A stretch of 64,000 nucleotides of DNA, taken from positions 2,108,001-2,172,000 of the forward strand of contig JBLDXI010000002.1 of NCBI GenBank assembly GCA_047495785.1, written 5' to 3'. Under the pieces are notes generated by a model. The model was not told where the DNA came from. It was given only the letters and a program-made list of their open reading frames with translations, and made no database searches. Numbering within the stretch: position 1 is the stretch's first letter; the number at the start of each line of letters is the position of its first letter. Source of the stretch: Lepidodermella squamata (Eukaryota; Animalia; Gastrotricha). Positions 1 to 11,422 of this stretch are shown piece by piece. The translations under genes and the position numbers were made by a program.

Positions 1-395
1 GCAACCATGTTCATGTGATGAAGAACTGGAGCGATCGACTTACATCCACCAGAATAGCCACCGGCAAATACGAGTGGAGATTGAATGAAATTATCCATTT
101 CAGCGCCGTTTTCCATTCGTCTCGCGTAGTCGAATAAGCGCTTCGCCAAGAAAATGCTACCGGGCCCTTCCCCTTGGTTATTGAAAACTATTTTGTAATC
201 GGCTAGGATATCAGACCGGTTGTTCACAATATCCACCAGAAGCTTTTGAACATGAGGGCAAATATCGCCTTCAGGGTCACATACTTGAATATCAGTTGTT
301 CCAAAAAATATCTCCAATAGATTTGGTTTATCGAAAGCAAATGTGCTAAGCGTCAAACAACTGGCAGCAATCGTCAATACGAAGCAAAAGTACAT
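1..395 (-). CDS. Class C GPCR (GABA-B-like), N-terminal part; runs off the window edge
   Basis: Open frame from ATG 395 (MYFCFVLTIAASCLTLS, signal-peptide-like) through ...CDPEGDICPHVQKLL...GPGSIFLAKRLFDYARRME...FAGGYSGGCKSIAPVLHHMNMVA. Nearly identical at DNA level to 2870-3180 of the adjacent GPCR. Confidence 0.85.
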   Translation of the reverse strand, partial: MYFCFVLTIAASCLTLSTFAFDKPNLLEIFFGTTDIQVCDPEGDICPHVQKLLVDIVNNRSDILADYKIVFNNQGEGPGSIFLAKRLFDYARRMENGAEMDNFIQSPLVFAGGYSGGCKSIAPVLHHMNMV

Positions 396-926
396 TGTCT
401 TACAACAGACTATGGCGGATAAAACACGAAAATCTAAGATTTAATGTATGTACACTTATTCTTATTAAATAGCCAGGGTTTATTTTGGAGCTGATGTACG
501 ATGGTTGTAGGAGGAATTTTGTTGGCACTGGCCTGAAAATAGCACACATACATCTGAATACACATGAAAGACTCAAATGAATATCCGCTCAAATGATGCG
601 AGGTTGAGAAATGTAACACCAAAAAACGACATTTTCAGCAGAACTGCGACAAAAAGCGATGTGGGTTGGGGATTCCTGATATTATAATCATTAAATTTGT
701 CTGCGATAATGATCTAATTTTTGTCTGAGATTCTCAACATGAGCTTTGGGAATCTGAATCTGAATTTAGTCTCTCATTTTACCTGTTTTTCCTATTACTT
801 TATTACTTTGAATAGGGTTTCTCTGTTGCTAAATTTTGTTTCGAAGTTCGCAGCTTCTGAAAATGAAAATTTAACAAAAGCATGAAGTATCACGAAAATT
901 TCATGAGCAACAAAAAGTCCAATTCA

Positions 927-3275
927 TCATTCTATCGGATACAAAGCTGAACGATTTCTTCGTGGTAAAATGATTAAGCTGGAGCCAACCGATAGCGCGA
1001 GAAAACCGCATGACACAGTGATTTGCTGCGCTAGTGGTGAAGATTCAAACATGATTATGATAAAAATAGCCCCCAGAAGAAGCGTTGGCGACTGCAGTGC
1101 AGCTAATCGCAGCCGTTTGGCTTCAGAATCTTTCACATGACGCGTCGAAACCGCGAACAAAGCTGCCAAGAGTCCAGGAAAGATGTTTATGACTGTAAGT
1201 GTTAGTAGCAACTCGGAACTTGTGCGGGACGTGCAGACGTCCGCAAAAACTCGAACAAATTTATCCTCACTCATGACGCGTCGGCTCAGTGTCACTAGCT
1301 CAACGTTGTCGTGTCGTAAAGGATCAGAAATCAACCATAAAAACAAAGTAGCGAAATTCAGGATAACGGTGCTTATTATTCCGATGAACGCGGTCGATTT
1401 TTGCACTTGAACCGGAATTACTCCCCTCCATTTTTTGGGGTACACCACTGAAGTTGCTGTTATTCTTTTTGTTCCGATAGTGCTGCCAAAAATTGACCTG
1501 TTTTGAGTATCAATGTGCTTATAAACCTCCGCCTGAGCCTTTCTGCCATTCCAAAATACAATGACACCCAAGCGACATGCCAAAAACACGTGAATAATCG
1601 ATAGTCCAAGACTTCCGAGTAAAATTCTTACAGAGCAAATAAAGCTGGATTCCGCATCTAATGCGAACAAGATCGCTGCTCCATTTGTCACGATACAGCC
1701 AACAACAAACATTAGATTCGTCACAGAAACTGAATTTCTAAACTCAATTGAACGACAACTATAAAACGTTGCGAGTTGTAAGATTGAACTGAAAGCCGCA
1801 ACTGATAGAATTAGAGCTCTGAACTCATGAGGAATCTTGATTTCCCATTTTTCAATTTGATAGAAGTCAGCGGGAGGTTTTCCATCTTTTGTAGCCCATT
1901 TAATGACATTGAAATGCTTTATACGGTACTTTTCCACGTCGGAGTATGTAGTAACATTAATGGGAAACTGATACTCCGTGATAATTCTCACGGGATAATC
2001 TTCATGCGTCCATTGAAAGACGTATTGTGGTTCGAAATCATTTTCAAGGCGCGGTGATAACCTAATCTCACCCTGCCGTAACCCAATAAAATTTATATCA
2101 GCAGCACTTGCATTAACCACTTCCATAACTATTCGCGGATTCTTCGGGTAATCCGCTAGAGACATGTTCAACCTTCGAAGAGCGCGGTCGGCTTTGTCGA
2201 GGGTAAGAATGATTTGAACCATGTTGTCATGGCAGAAACTTCGTCGTAAGTAGCCGCTAAAACTTTCAGCGTTTGGCACGCGCTCTTTAAGCATGGCATC
2301 GAACTGCTTCAAATCGTATCCGAATGATGTAATACCTTTGTAATCATACCCAATAGAAGACCAAATAGTTCCGATGAAGAAAGTTTGCTTCAACTGCTCA
2401 AGCATGATTCGGCGGGGGCAACCTGGTGCTAAATTTTCGGGATAGTCGTATGGATTGGAATATTGTAAAGCTGCGAGAATAAAGACGTAACGACTGCCGC
2501 TCATTCCGAAGCGGTAGCAATGACAGAGGAAAGTGAAAGCAGCAGGTAAGTCCGATACATCATAAGTTATTACCCTTGCATCACTTGCTTTCAGCCCTGC
2601 AATAGTTTCATCTGTAATTTCGAGTGCGATGTCATAACGTAGAACTTCGATATTTTGGGAAAGAGCAAGATTGTAGAAGAAGGTAGCGGTGTAGATGTTG
2701 AGAATGTTGTCCGCTTTAGCCATTATCGCGATTTTCCTCCATTTCCCGACATTTTTAATAAAGTTGACCCTAGGCAAGGCGATGGCTTCTCCTGATGATC
2801 TCAGGCGGTATAGATTCGGGAATCGAGCTCGATTCGCCGTGAAAATTGAGGTCAGGCAGACCGGGGCAAGTGCAACCATGTTCATATGATGAAGAACAGG
2901 AGCGATCGACTTACATCCACCAGAATAGCCACCGGCAAATACAAGTGGGGATTGAATGAAATCATCTGTTTGTGCGCCGCTTTCCATTCGTCTAGCGTAG
3001 TCGAATAAGCGCTTAGCCAAGAAGATACTTCCAGGTCCTTCGTCATGATTGTTAAAAGCGATTTCGTAGCCAGGCAGAATGTCAGATCGATTGTTGATCA
3101 GGTCAGCAAGAAGTTTCTGCACGAATGGGCAAATATCACCCTTGGGATCGCAAACGTGGATATCAGTCATTCCGAAAAAGATGTCCAGCCGAACGGTGGA
3201 GTTCTTTGCTGCGCCATAATTTATTGCAATATACATACCAAGGACGATGGTGGCTGAGTAATAGCCCTGTTTCAT
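927..3275 (-). CDS. Intronless class C GPCR, GABA-B receptor-like (Venus flytrap + 7TM, no cysteine-rich domain)
   Basis: 782-aa ORF with signal peptide and VFT motifs (INNRSDILPGYEI, RFPNLYR, WRKIA, LKASDARVI, GSRYVFIL). W-x4-PP linker leads straight into hydrophobic TM segments (NLMFVVGC, C-x-VR, WLISDPL). Very short C-tail. Confidence 0.9.
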   Translation of the reverse strand: MKQGYYSATIVLGMYIAINYGAAKNSTVRLDIFFGMTDIHVCDPKGDICPFVQKLLADLINNRSDILPGYEIAFNNHDEGPGSIFLAKRLFDYARRMESGAQTDDFIQSPLVFAGGYSGGCKSIAPVLHHMNMVALAPVCLTSIFTANRARFPNLYRLRSSGEAIALPRVNFIKNVGKWRKIAIMAKADNILNIYTATFFYNLALSQNIEVLRYDIALEITDETIAGLKASDARVITYDVSDLPAAFTFLCHCYRFGMSGSRYVFILAALQYSNPYDYPENLAPGCPRRIMLEQLKQTFFIGTIWSSIGYDYKGITSFGYDLKQFDAMLKERVPNAESFSGYLRRSFCHDNMVQIILTLDKADRALRRLNMSLADYPKNPRIVMEVVNASAADINFIGLRQGEIRLSPRLENDFEPQYVFQWTHEDYPVRIITEYQFPINVTTYSDVEKYRIKHFNVIKWATKDGKPPADFYQIEKWEIKIPHEFRALILSVAAFSSILQLATFYSCRSIEFRNSVSVTNLMFVVGCIVTNGAAILFALDAESSFICSVRILLGSLGLSIIHVFLACRLGVIVFWNGRKAQAEVYKHIDTQNRSIFGSTIGTKRITATSVVYPKKWRGVIPVQVQKSTAFIGIISTVILNFATLFLWLISDPLRHDNVELVTLSRRVMSEDKFVRVFADVCTSRTSSELLLTLTVINIFPGLLAALFAVSTRHVKDSEAKRLRLAALQSPTLLLGAIFIIIMFESSPLAQQITVSCGFLALSVGSSLIILPRRNRSALYPIE

Positions 3276-3914
3276 CTCCTCTAAAATCTCGAATGAATTA
3301 AATGGATGATCTGATAGAAACTAAAATAAAACTTCTTATGCCTGTCGCAAGACGCGCGATACTGAACATTAGCCACCGAGGATGTCCCTGTGGGGTTTAA
3401 TTTTTAAACGATGAAATGTTTTTGCTACAGAACGCGTAAATTGAGCTTCCTGTTTTTATTTTAAACATGTATAAGTACTACATAACAGGCGCGCCTTTCA
3501 CGCCTACATTCTTAACGCATTTCCTTAGGAAAACTTACTTGACTCGACGAGTTGCATTCTGAAGTCACGATCTCCAGTCCGTGCTCGCACCTGAAGTATG
3601 AAAATTTAGTCACGTTCGATGTATTTCAGCCTCTTGGATGCAGCTCAAGTTCGGGAGGAGATGTTTGGTACTTCGAGTTAAACCGGACACTTCGTGGAAT
3701 TCTCGTCGTGGAAATATTGAGCGGCGGTCGATGGTCGATTGGAGGCTAGTCATCACATCGAAGTCAAGAAAAATAACTCAAGAAGTTTCTCGACAGAACT
3801 GCGATTTTATTTATTTTTACGGCTGCTCAAAAATCTATCTCAACAACTTGATAACAAAAAGAAGACGAGTAGGGTCGAAAAATTGATAAAAGAATAAATT
3901 ATCAGCATTTCTCA

Positions 3915-4538
3915 TCACTTCTGTTCATGATCGTCGTCACTGAGAGCTGCAGCGTCGCCAGCCGGTTGATAGCCATTCAGACATAGCTCGCCAGTTGTCG
4001 ACATTGGATCTTTATTGAGCCACGCCTTGTCGTTGACGTTGTCTTCGGCGAACGGGTCGTACTTGTAAACTGGACGGCAGTCGCCTTCATCGAAAACTGG
4101 CTGCTTCGTAACTTGTTTCGTTTCATCGCCATACGAGATTTTGCGATTCGAAGTTCGGCGTGTGTTCAACAGCTCTCCCGGATAATTGGGTTTCGCATCG
4201 ACAGTGATTGTGAACGAAAAGTTGGGGTTCTTGTTGTTGCAGTCGCGATAGTAGCAGAAACAAATCTCGAGGCCATGCTTCACGGCGTACTATAGACAAA
4301 TCAAATAATCAGGTTTTCCTGTCAAGTGATCAGATCAAATGATTACATAAACACAGTCCTTGATGCAGTCGAAATCCGCTGAGTTGTTGAAAACGCAGGC
4401 AGTGAACTCGATCGGACCCTTCGGCGGCTTGGCTGGGCCACTTCGATTACGCTTCCAGAAGCAGCAGTTGCATAGCTGAGACAGCAAAAAGACTGCGATC
4501 AAAGCTTTCGCGAAAAACCTCAAAAGTGATGCTTCCAT
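3915..4538 (-). CDS. Small secreted cysteine-containing protein, two exons, unknown function
   Basis: ATG 4538 with signal peptide (MEASLLRFFAKALIAVFLLSQLCNC). A ~50-bp intron (GT near 4346-4352, acceptor ctatag ending 4290) joins ORF 4335-4568 in frame to ORF 3915-4283. Confidence 0.65.
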
Positions 4539-4802
4539 AATACTGAGTAATTGGCAAAATCTCAACAAATATGTGATCTAAATTCTCTGACGATGAAGTT
4601 ATACGGTCAAATGAGTATTTAAAGCCGTTCTTAAACTAACAACATGTGGTGACGATAGATAACACCCCACGTAACAACTGTTTTGTTTATTCTTCAGGGG
4701 CGCCATATATATGTGCTATCAACTGTTGAGCGTCACGTGAGCGCAGGAAAAGCAAATAACAATGTGATTTGGGAGTATTGTTGTAGTCATAATACATGAA
4801 TC

Positions 4803-7390
4803 TTAAGCAAAGCACACAACTTCGCCGGATGACAGCCCTGCCATAACGCCGGGTTTTGGTTCTTCAAGTTGTCCATTTATCTCAAATCGCGAAACAACTG
4901 GAACAACAGCTCCAACGTACTGACCAAGGTTCTTCGAAACCCAAGCCGGCCTGTAAGGCTGTCGGCCAGTTACCGCATCAGCTCCAAAAATCTGCGTTTT
5001 AAATTTTGAGAGAATAAAGCAAAGCTAAGAGGACTTCACAAAAATACCTGAACTCTACCGCATCCGCCATCAGCAACTAAGATGTTACTACCCAGATCAA
5101 AGTTAACCTTACCAGGTCGGCCGATAGAACCAAGATCACATTTGCCTGAGTAACGAGCAATCATTCCGATGTACTCAGTTTGTGTAGCATTATCTTTTCC
5201 TGCAAGGAACAGTGTGAGCTGGCTGTTTCCATAGTCAGTTACGGCAAGCAATTTTCGATTCTGCTGGCCTCCAGGAGCTGAAATACCGAGATGCCGAGGC
5301 TGAAAAGAGGCAGCTGTATCTGCAGCATCGCCCGGTTTCGTAAGCCTCGCTTGGGACCATCCATCGCGTTGTGACCAGGCAGAAATTCGACCACTGCTGC
5401 TGTCTGCGGAATAAATCACGCCAGCATCTGAGTCTACAGCTAAACCTTCGAATTGCGGTCCGTTTTTGTAACCCGCAACTAGATACTGTGGCATGACCGT
5501 TGCGCCACGCAGGCCAGCTGAAATGACGACATCCAGATTTGACTCGAGAATGCCCAGCCGCTTCACAGAGGAAGTGAAATACATCTGACGACGCACAGGG
5601 TCCAACTCAGCCGCGTAGAACGGATCTTGTGACCACCCGACGATACCTCTAGGCGGGCCTACAACTGACTTCCAAACAACTCCTGAGCAATTAGTCGTAA
5701 TTCCCATGACAAGACCTGAAGAGCAAACAACGATAGCCTGAAATCTGTTGTCAGGATCGGGCAATAACTCTGCAACTGCACCCCACGGGCATGGTCTGAA
5801 GCGTGCCTTAGGGTCGTTTCCGAAGAATGACCAATAACGTCGTTTAAACATCTCAGCAACTTGGGTCGTTTCCAGCAGTGGGAGCGAAGCGTTCTCGTTG
5901 AATTTACAAGCAGGTGGCGGATTCGACCAGTTCCCGTTATCCATGCATTCGATTGTTATCTGAAGTGGAGCCTCCTCGGGAGTTGTTCGGTAAGCATCAG
6001 TCAGATAGAAACCTTCATCGCATGCGTATACTAGACGAGCACCAGGTGCAAACCATCCAACACCCCGCGACGTAGTGATCGAGCGAGAGAGGACCACTCG
6101 GGTGTTGTCCGGGGTATCCGGCATCGAGCAGCGTTTGGTTGGTATCGCTGGAGTTGCAGTAGCAGCAACAGAGAGGCAGCCACCGATGATTGGGTACCAC
6201 TTTCCTGAAGTTTGGCACATCGACCAATCGCCATCGGAAGGTGTTACTTTGAAGCCAGTGTGGCAGTACAAAGTGATCATAGTACCTACTTCGTAGGAAG
6301 TCTCAGCCGGCCACACTTCCCCATTGACAACAGTGATAGGTGGGCAGCTGCTTGCTATGGTATCAGGAGCTACTGTTTGAGCGCCAGAAATGCTACCTGG
6401 CCGAGCTGCTTGATTCAAAACACACGTCCCCACCGTTGGGGACCACATACCACCCTCGCTGCACATCAAAAACACGGATTCTATTGGTCTTATGGAATAC
6501 CCGTTGTTGCACGTCAAAGAAACTGTCTCGCCTATCTGGTACGATTGCTGCACAGGGAAAACTTGACCGTTTCTGAGATTAATTGCATCACACGAGCCTT
6601 CGATGACTTGTGCTGCTTTGGTGCAAGTCGGCGGCTTTTCACTCCATTCTCCATCCACTTGGCACACAATTTGTTCCGAATCGGTCGTTGTAAATCCAGC
6701 GTCGCAGCGATATTCGAAGAAAGACCCGGGCGCGTACGGCTCTTCGCCGGGAGTTTTGTTTGAAATCCTAGCGTTGACTGCGTATGGCGGTTGCTTGCAA
6801 GTAGCACCCTGCATTTTGCATGTGCCGAGATTTGGTGACCAAACACTCGTGTCTCTATGTTAAATTGAAATTAGGTTGAAGGTTTTTGCTATGAGGAAAG
6901 GATACTCACAGACATTTAGACGTACGCGCATCTGGTGGAATCAAACTGTACCCTGGGTTGCACCTGAAAGTTACCACTGTTCCAGCTTTAAATGTTCCCG
7001 CAGCAGGTGGCGTCTTATCGGTTGTATTCGCTGTTAGGACGCCGTTCTCGGACGGGGGACGTCTGCAGGTGATAGCAGCACAGAACGGAGGGTCTTCGGA
7101 AAATTGCCCATCTGAGCAGTTGATTTTAGTAGAATTCACAAAAAATCTTCACTTGAAACAACTCAACCTGCTAAGCATTCAGCTGACGCTGCTCCCGCTA
7201 ATCCGAATCCGGGGTTGCAAACGTATTTTATAACTTCGCCAACGGCGTAAGCTAAGCCTCGAGATGTTTGAACAGTGGGAATTCCTATAATTTTGCCGTC
7301 ATCAGGAGTTTCCGGCGTCTCGCAAGGCTTCGAGCTGGCATAGCTCAGAAATGTCAAGGCAACTACCGATAATAACAGGCTTTGAACCAT
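4803..7390 (-). CDS. Secreted protein with six CCP/Sushi domains and a C-terminal NHL-like beta-propeller (4 exons)
   Basis: Signal peptide MVQSLLLSVVALTFLSYASS. Six C...Y/F-x-C-x-x-G-F/Y...C...W...C modules. C-terminal GLAVDS-x-x-G-x-IY-x-AD, P-x-HLG, AVTDYGN, ILVADGG-x-GRVQ repeats. Three short GT-AG introns keep frame to TAA at 4803. Confidence 0.85.
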
Positions 7391-10300
7391 TTTTCTGGTC
7401 CTAGCGAAAATCAAATCAAATTGAAAGAAAGGAAAAACAGACGCAAGTCGATGATTATGTATCAAAAATGGTGGTTCTCTACTTATATCAAGCATGTCGT
7501 CTTCCCGTGTGTGTATAAATGTCAACAAGCTGGAGTGAATAAGGTGACCAACTACACATCTCGGCGCTTATAGGTATCATTAACATACAGGCGACGTTAA
7601 TCTTACAAAGTATGCGCTTACTTGCGTGCAGGTCATTAGGAAGTTATTGTGAGATGATATAGTGCTTAATCAAAACATTAAAATATCTTTTTCAGCCCCA
7701 TCGTTTCAAGTCAACCCTGTAAACTAAAAGATTCAATTAGAGATTCAAAAAGACAACCACGTGATCTCTTCAAAGTCATTACTGTAGCATCAGTACATGT
7801 ACCAGTTTCAAATAAATTTTCAAATTTAATTCGGTGAATCTCCTATACAAGAAATGCGGCTATCGCATTCGCGCGTTAGTAACTCAGTTCTAACATTACC
7901 AACTTGCCAAATAGCTGCTAGATGAGACTGCAAAGTTGAAATCAAGTAACGCGGCAAAACCACAGGAAACTGGGAACTAACAAAATTACTAAAAATTTAC
8001 TGCACTAGAAATGGAATTCACCTAGATCTACACACCGCTGAGCGACTAATTTATCTGAACTATGCCAAGTCGATTACAAAAACCAGAAACATGATCAATC
8101 GTGAGCAGTGAACGTGATTGTTGATGGTTACGACAAAACTTGAAATGGAAGCGTGTGGGAACGAAAATCGACTGGAAACAGCCGTGTACCATTCTTTTCA
8201 TCGATCTAAGTCCTTGTTTCCTGGTTTATCACGAATGAACTCGCATTTAGATTTAGGTTTCGCCCTCGAATGCAATGCAAACTAATTCCCAGTTGTTGTC
8301 CTGGCCCACCTGCTCTGCATTCTATGATTGTTCCATAAATCCCTGTTACTATTTCGAAAATTAGTCAGCCTATGATGAAAGCTGAAGAGCAAGGCCTGTC
8401 TTGATTGCTGGTAGGTGCCATGAGAGGGAAAGAGAAAGGGAGAGCGGGAGTGGAGTGCGAGAGACCCACCAAAAATTGCTTTCGACTGAATTGTCATGCG
8501 ACGAACAAGTTGAGTTATTATCATCAACATATGTTGACCTAAATTTTTTTACAGCTTTTATTAATCGAAAACTGTTTTTTATATATGCGGAAAAATTTGA
8601 ATATTCAAAACGACCAAGTTACCGGTTTTGGCGGCTCGCCGATGAAACTTGGCGATTGTCGATCCTCCGTTTCCCAGTTTTGTTGCTCGAAGCTCGAAGT
8701 TGGACGTTCGGCATAAGACAATCCGGTGTCCTGTGCAAATTTATCGCGTAGCACGCAGCGTCTCCGTATCGCTTTTTTACTGAGTTTCGGCTATATGTGT
8801 TTATTCGGTTTTCGGTTTGTCGAAGCTCCCGGGTCACACTTGGGTTTGAAATATACAGATCATTATTACGTGCAATTATCAATTAGCAATCATCTTACGC
8901 TTCAGCAGACAGGTGGCTATGGGCTCTCCAGATCAAGTATCATCAGTCTTATCTCTCTGCTTGTTAATTGTGTTTTGTTGTTAATATGAAATGTGGAAAT
9001 ATTCTTGAAACCTTTGGCTGAACCCATCGTCTCTTAGTTGTGCAGCCGAGTTGAATGCTTACGCCTTCACCCTTCACCCGATGGACAAGGGACAAGATTT
9101 ACTAGATACTTGGGTTTACTTACGCCAACTTGACCGTTTACAGGTGGCAGGATATTTCCGTGTTTGGTAGCGCTCAGAGCCTAGGCCAGAAGGGTGATGT
9201 ATTGTTGATGGCTTTGATCCCCATTTCTGGTGCCCAACATGCATTGCAGCAGCAGCGCGCAACAACTTCAATATCTATCTTCTTGTGGTGGTCTTTGCAC
9301 AAATCAGCCGAAGCTGTTGGAAATCGGATTACGCATACACTTTCCCGCTTTGCAAATCAATTTTTCATATTTTTCAAATGATCTGGTGAAAAAGTGTATT
9401 AGAGAGCTCTTGCCTAGCGCGTACATAGGTTTCGCTCTGACGACTACGGCTTCCGCTTTTGTTTTATGGTATTGATACGACCGTAAATCGTAAATCTCGC
9501 CGGTCGCCTTTAATTAGGAGGAAACAATATGAGCCCTGTGAGTTCGCCGGTTCTTTTTCACTAAATCTAGAGAGTCTCTAAAAACTGTCTCCGCAAAAAC
9601 TGTTGAGGCCTATTGATTCAGACATTCCTATGCGTATTTTTGTCAGGAATTTCGCTGTCTTATTCCCCACGCTAAAAGTATAATCTCATTCACCTTTGAG
9701 CCATACGATTTCTGACTCAGATATCTAATACGTTGTTTCTGTAAATATTTCTTTCGTTGTTCACTGTTCTGCGCTTTTAAAGCGACCACAAGAAGAGAGA
9801 GAGAGGGAGAGAAAAATCTATTTAGTCATTACAAATGAGCTATATCGTATCTTCAATGGTGAGCACGAATATTAAAATGCGTGTGGCGCTCTCCGTCAAG
9901 CAACTGCTTCACTTTACACTCTTCATAAGGTCTTGTTACTATGTAATTGCTCAGCTAAATGCTAAAAGTTTCATATTAACTATTCTTCTAACGTGTTTTT
10001 TGATCACTGAACCTGCATGACTTAGTGATTCGCGACTACGCCTTGATCGAGCTTGCTCCAATTTCCTTTTTTCCCCGTGATTTTCCAGTTTTGAATATGC
10101 TCAATTTGGTCAGCACTTCCTCTTGCGGCAGTAAACACGTGGCTATTTTTAAGCGCTATAAATTTCAGCGACATATTTACTCTGCATCGCGCATTTAGAG
10201 TCACTTGTTTACTCTTAGCAGCGGGCTAGTCACAGATTGTCTTTAATTATACGCCGTCAATTGAATTTAGTGTTGGTGGTGTGGATGAAACGCCAAGGCT

Positions 10301-11422
10301 TTATTCACACAGCGTGCCTAGTTTGAATGCGGGTAAACATTTGAGAAGTCACGTATCTCAAGTTTCACCGCATTTCGCTCGAGCGAACACCTTGAATGGG
10401 TCTTATTTAAAAAAACAGCGTTGACCTGTTTTTTGTTATTTACGATAAATAATGTATTCATGTCACATTTTGAATTCGTCGTATTTACGACATGTAGGGA
10501 AAAGCAACACTCCCTTCCACCTGTAAACAACTCGTTATTTTTCAGTGTCTGGGGCATGATTTACGTTGCAACTAGTCTGGACGGTGTTTTATTTATTGGC
10601 GTAACAATAATTTTCACTAATTACGCCGTTTCCGGCCGTGTTGTCGGCACAGCTTTTAGGAATGTGCTTGTTGTATCATCTGTTTGGTTAAATAAATGAT
10701 GATATATTGTTATATTATTACTTCTGCGTCTGGCTATGTGATGATGATTATTGTTATCATAGATCTAAAAGCTTGCCACACGCGTATTAACCGTGGAAAT
10801 GTGTAGTAGTCGGTAGGCATGTATGTGTAGCACCTTTTTGCTGCGTTGTTTACCTAGAGATATCGTCTCGGTCTTGTCAGAAGTCGTGTCTTCTTTGCCT
10901 TGCTTCGCCGCGCTGGTCTTAATCAAATATTTTCCGGTTCTACTCTGGCCACTACCACCGCCACCACCGTTCGCCTGTACTTGACTGACCGGTGAAACCA
11001 CGTCTCGCTTCGTCGTTGCGTGTTGTTTTTGTTTACGCCAACGATTTACAACAATAATACTTCCATATTAGGTAGCAACGAACGAACAGAAAGCAGCCGC
11101 ATAGCGCGCCAGGCACACGTTTTCTTGCTCCTTGTGCTACCGACAATAATATTATTCGAGTTGTTTTTCGCTGTGCGATTATACCCTACTGCCTCCCACG
11201 TATCTCTATAGTTACCCACCACCAACCAGTCCATCAAATAATCATAATAATAATATACTTTTTCGCCTGTGATGCTAACGAGCCGGGTGGGAAATCTCGT
11301 TATGTATTCGATTTTTGGCGCCTGCTCACGCAAAATCTGTGCGTGTTATTATTGTTTACTCTTCCGTGCATTTTCTAGGCTTGTTATGATGGTTGTTTGA
11401 CTTCAATCAAATCGGTCGGTAT

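Noticed and set aside
7600-11400. Many 60-120 aa ORFs
   Set aside because: No recognisable motifs or consistent exon chain; probably intergenic or 5' regulatory sequence.
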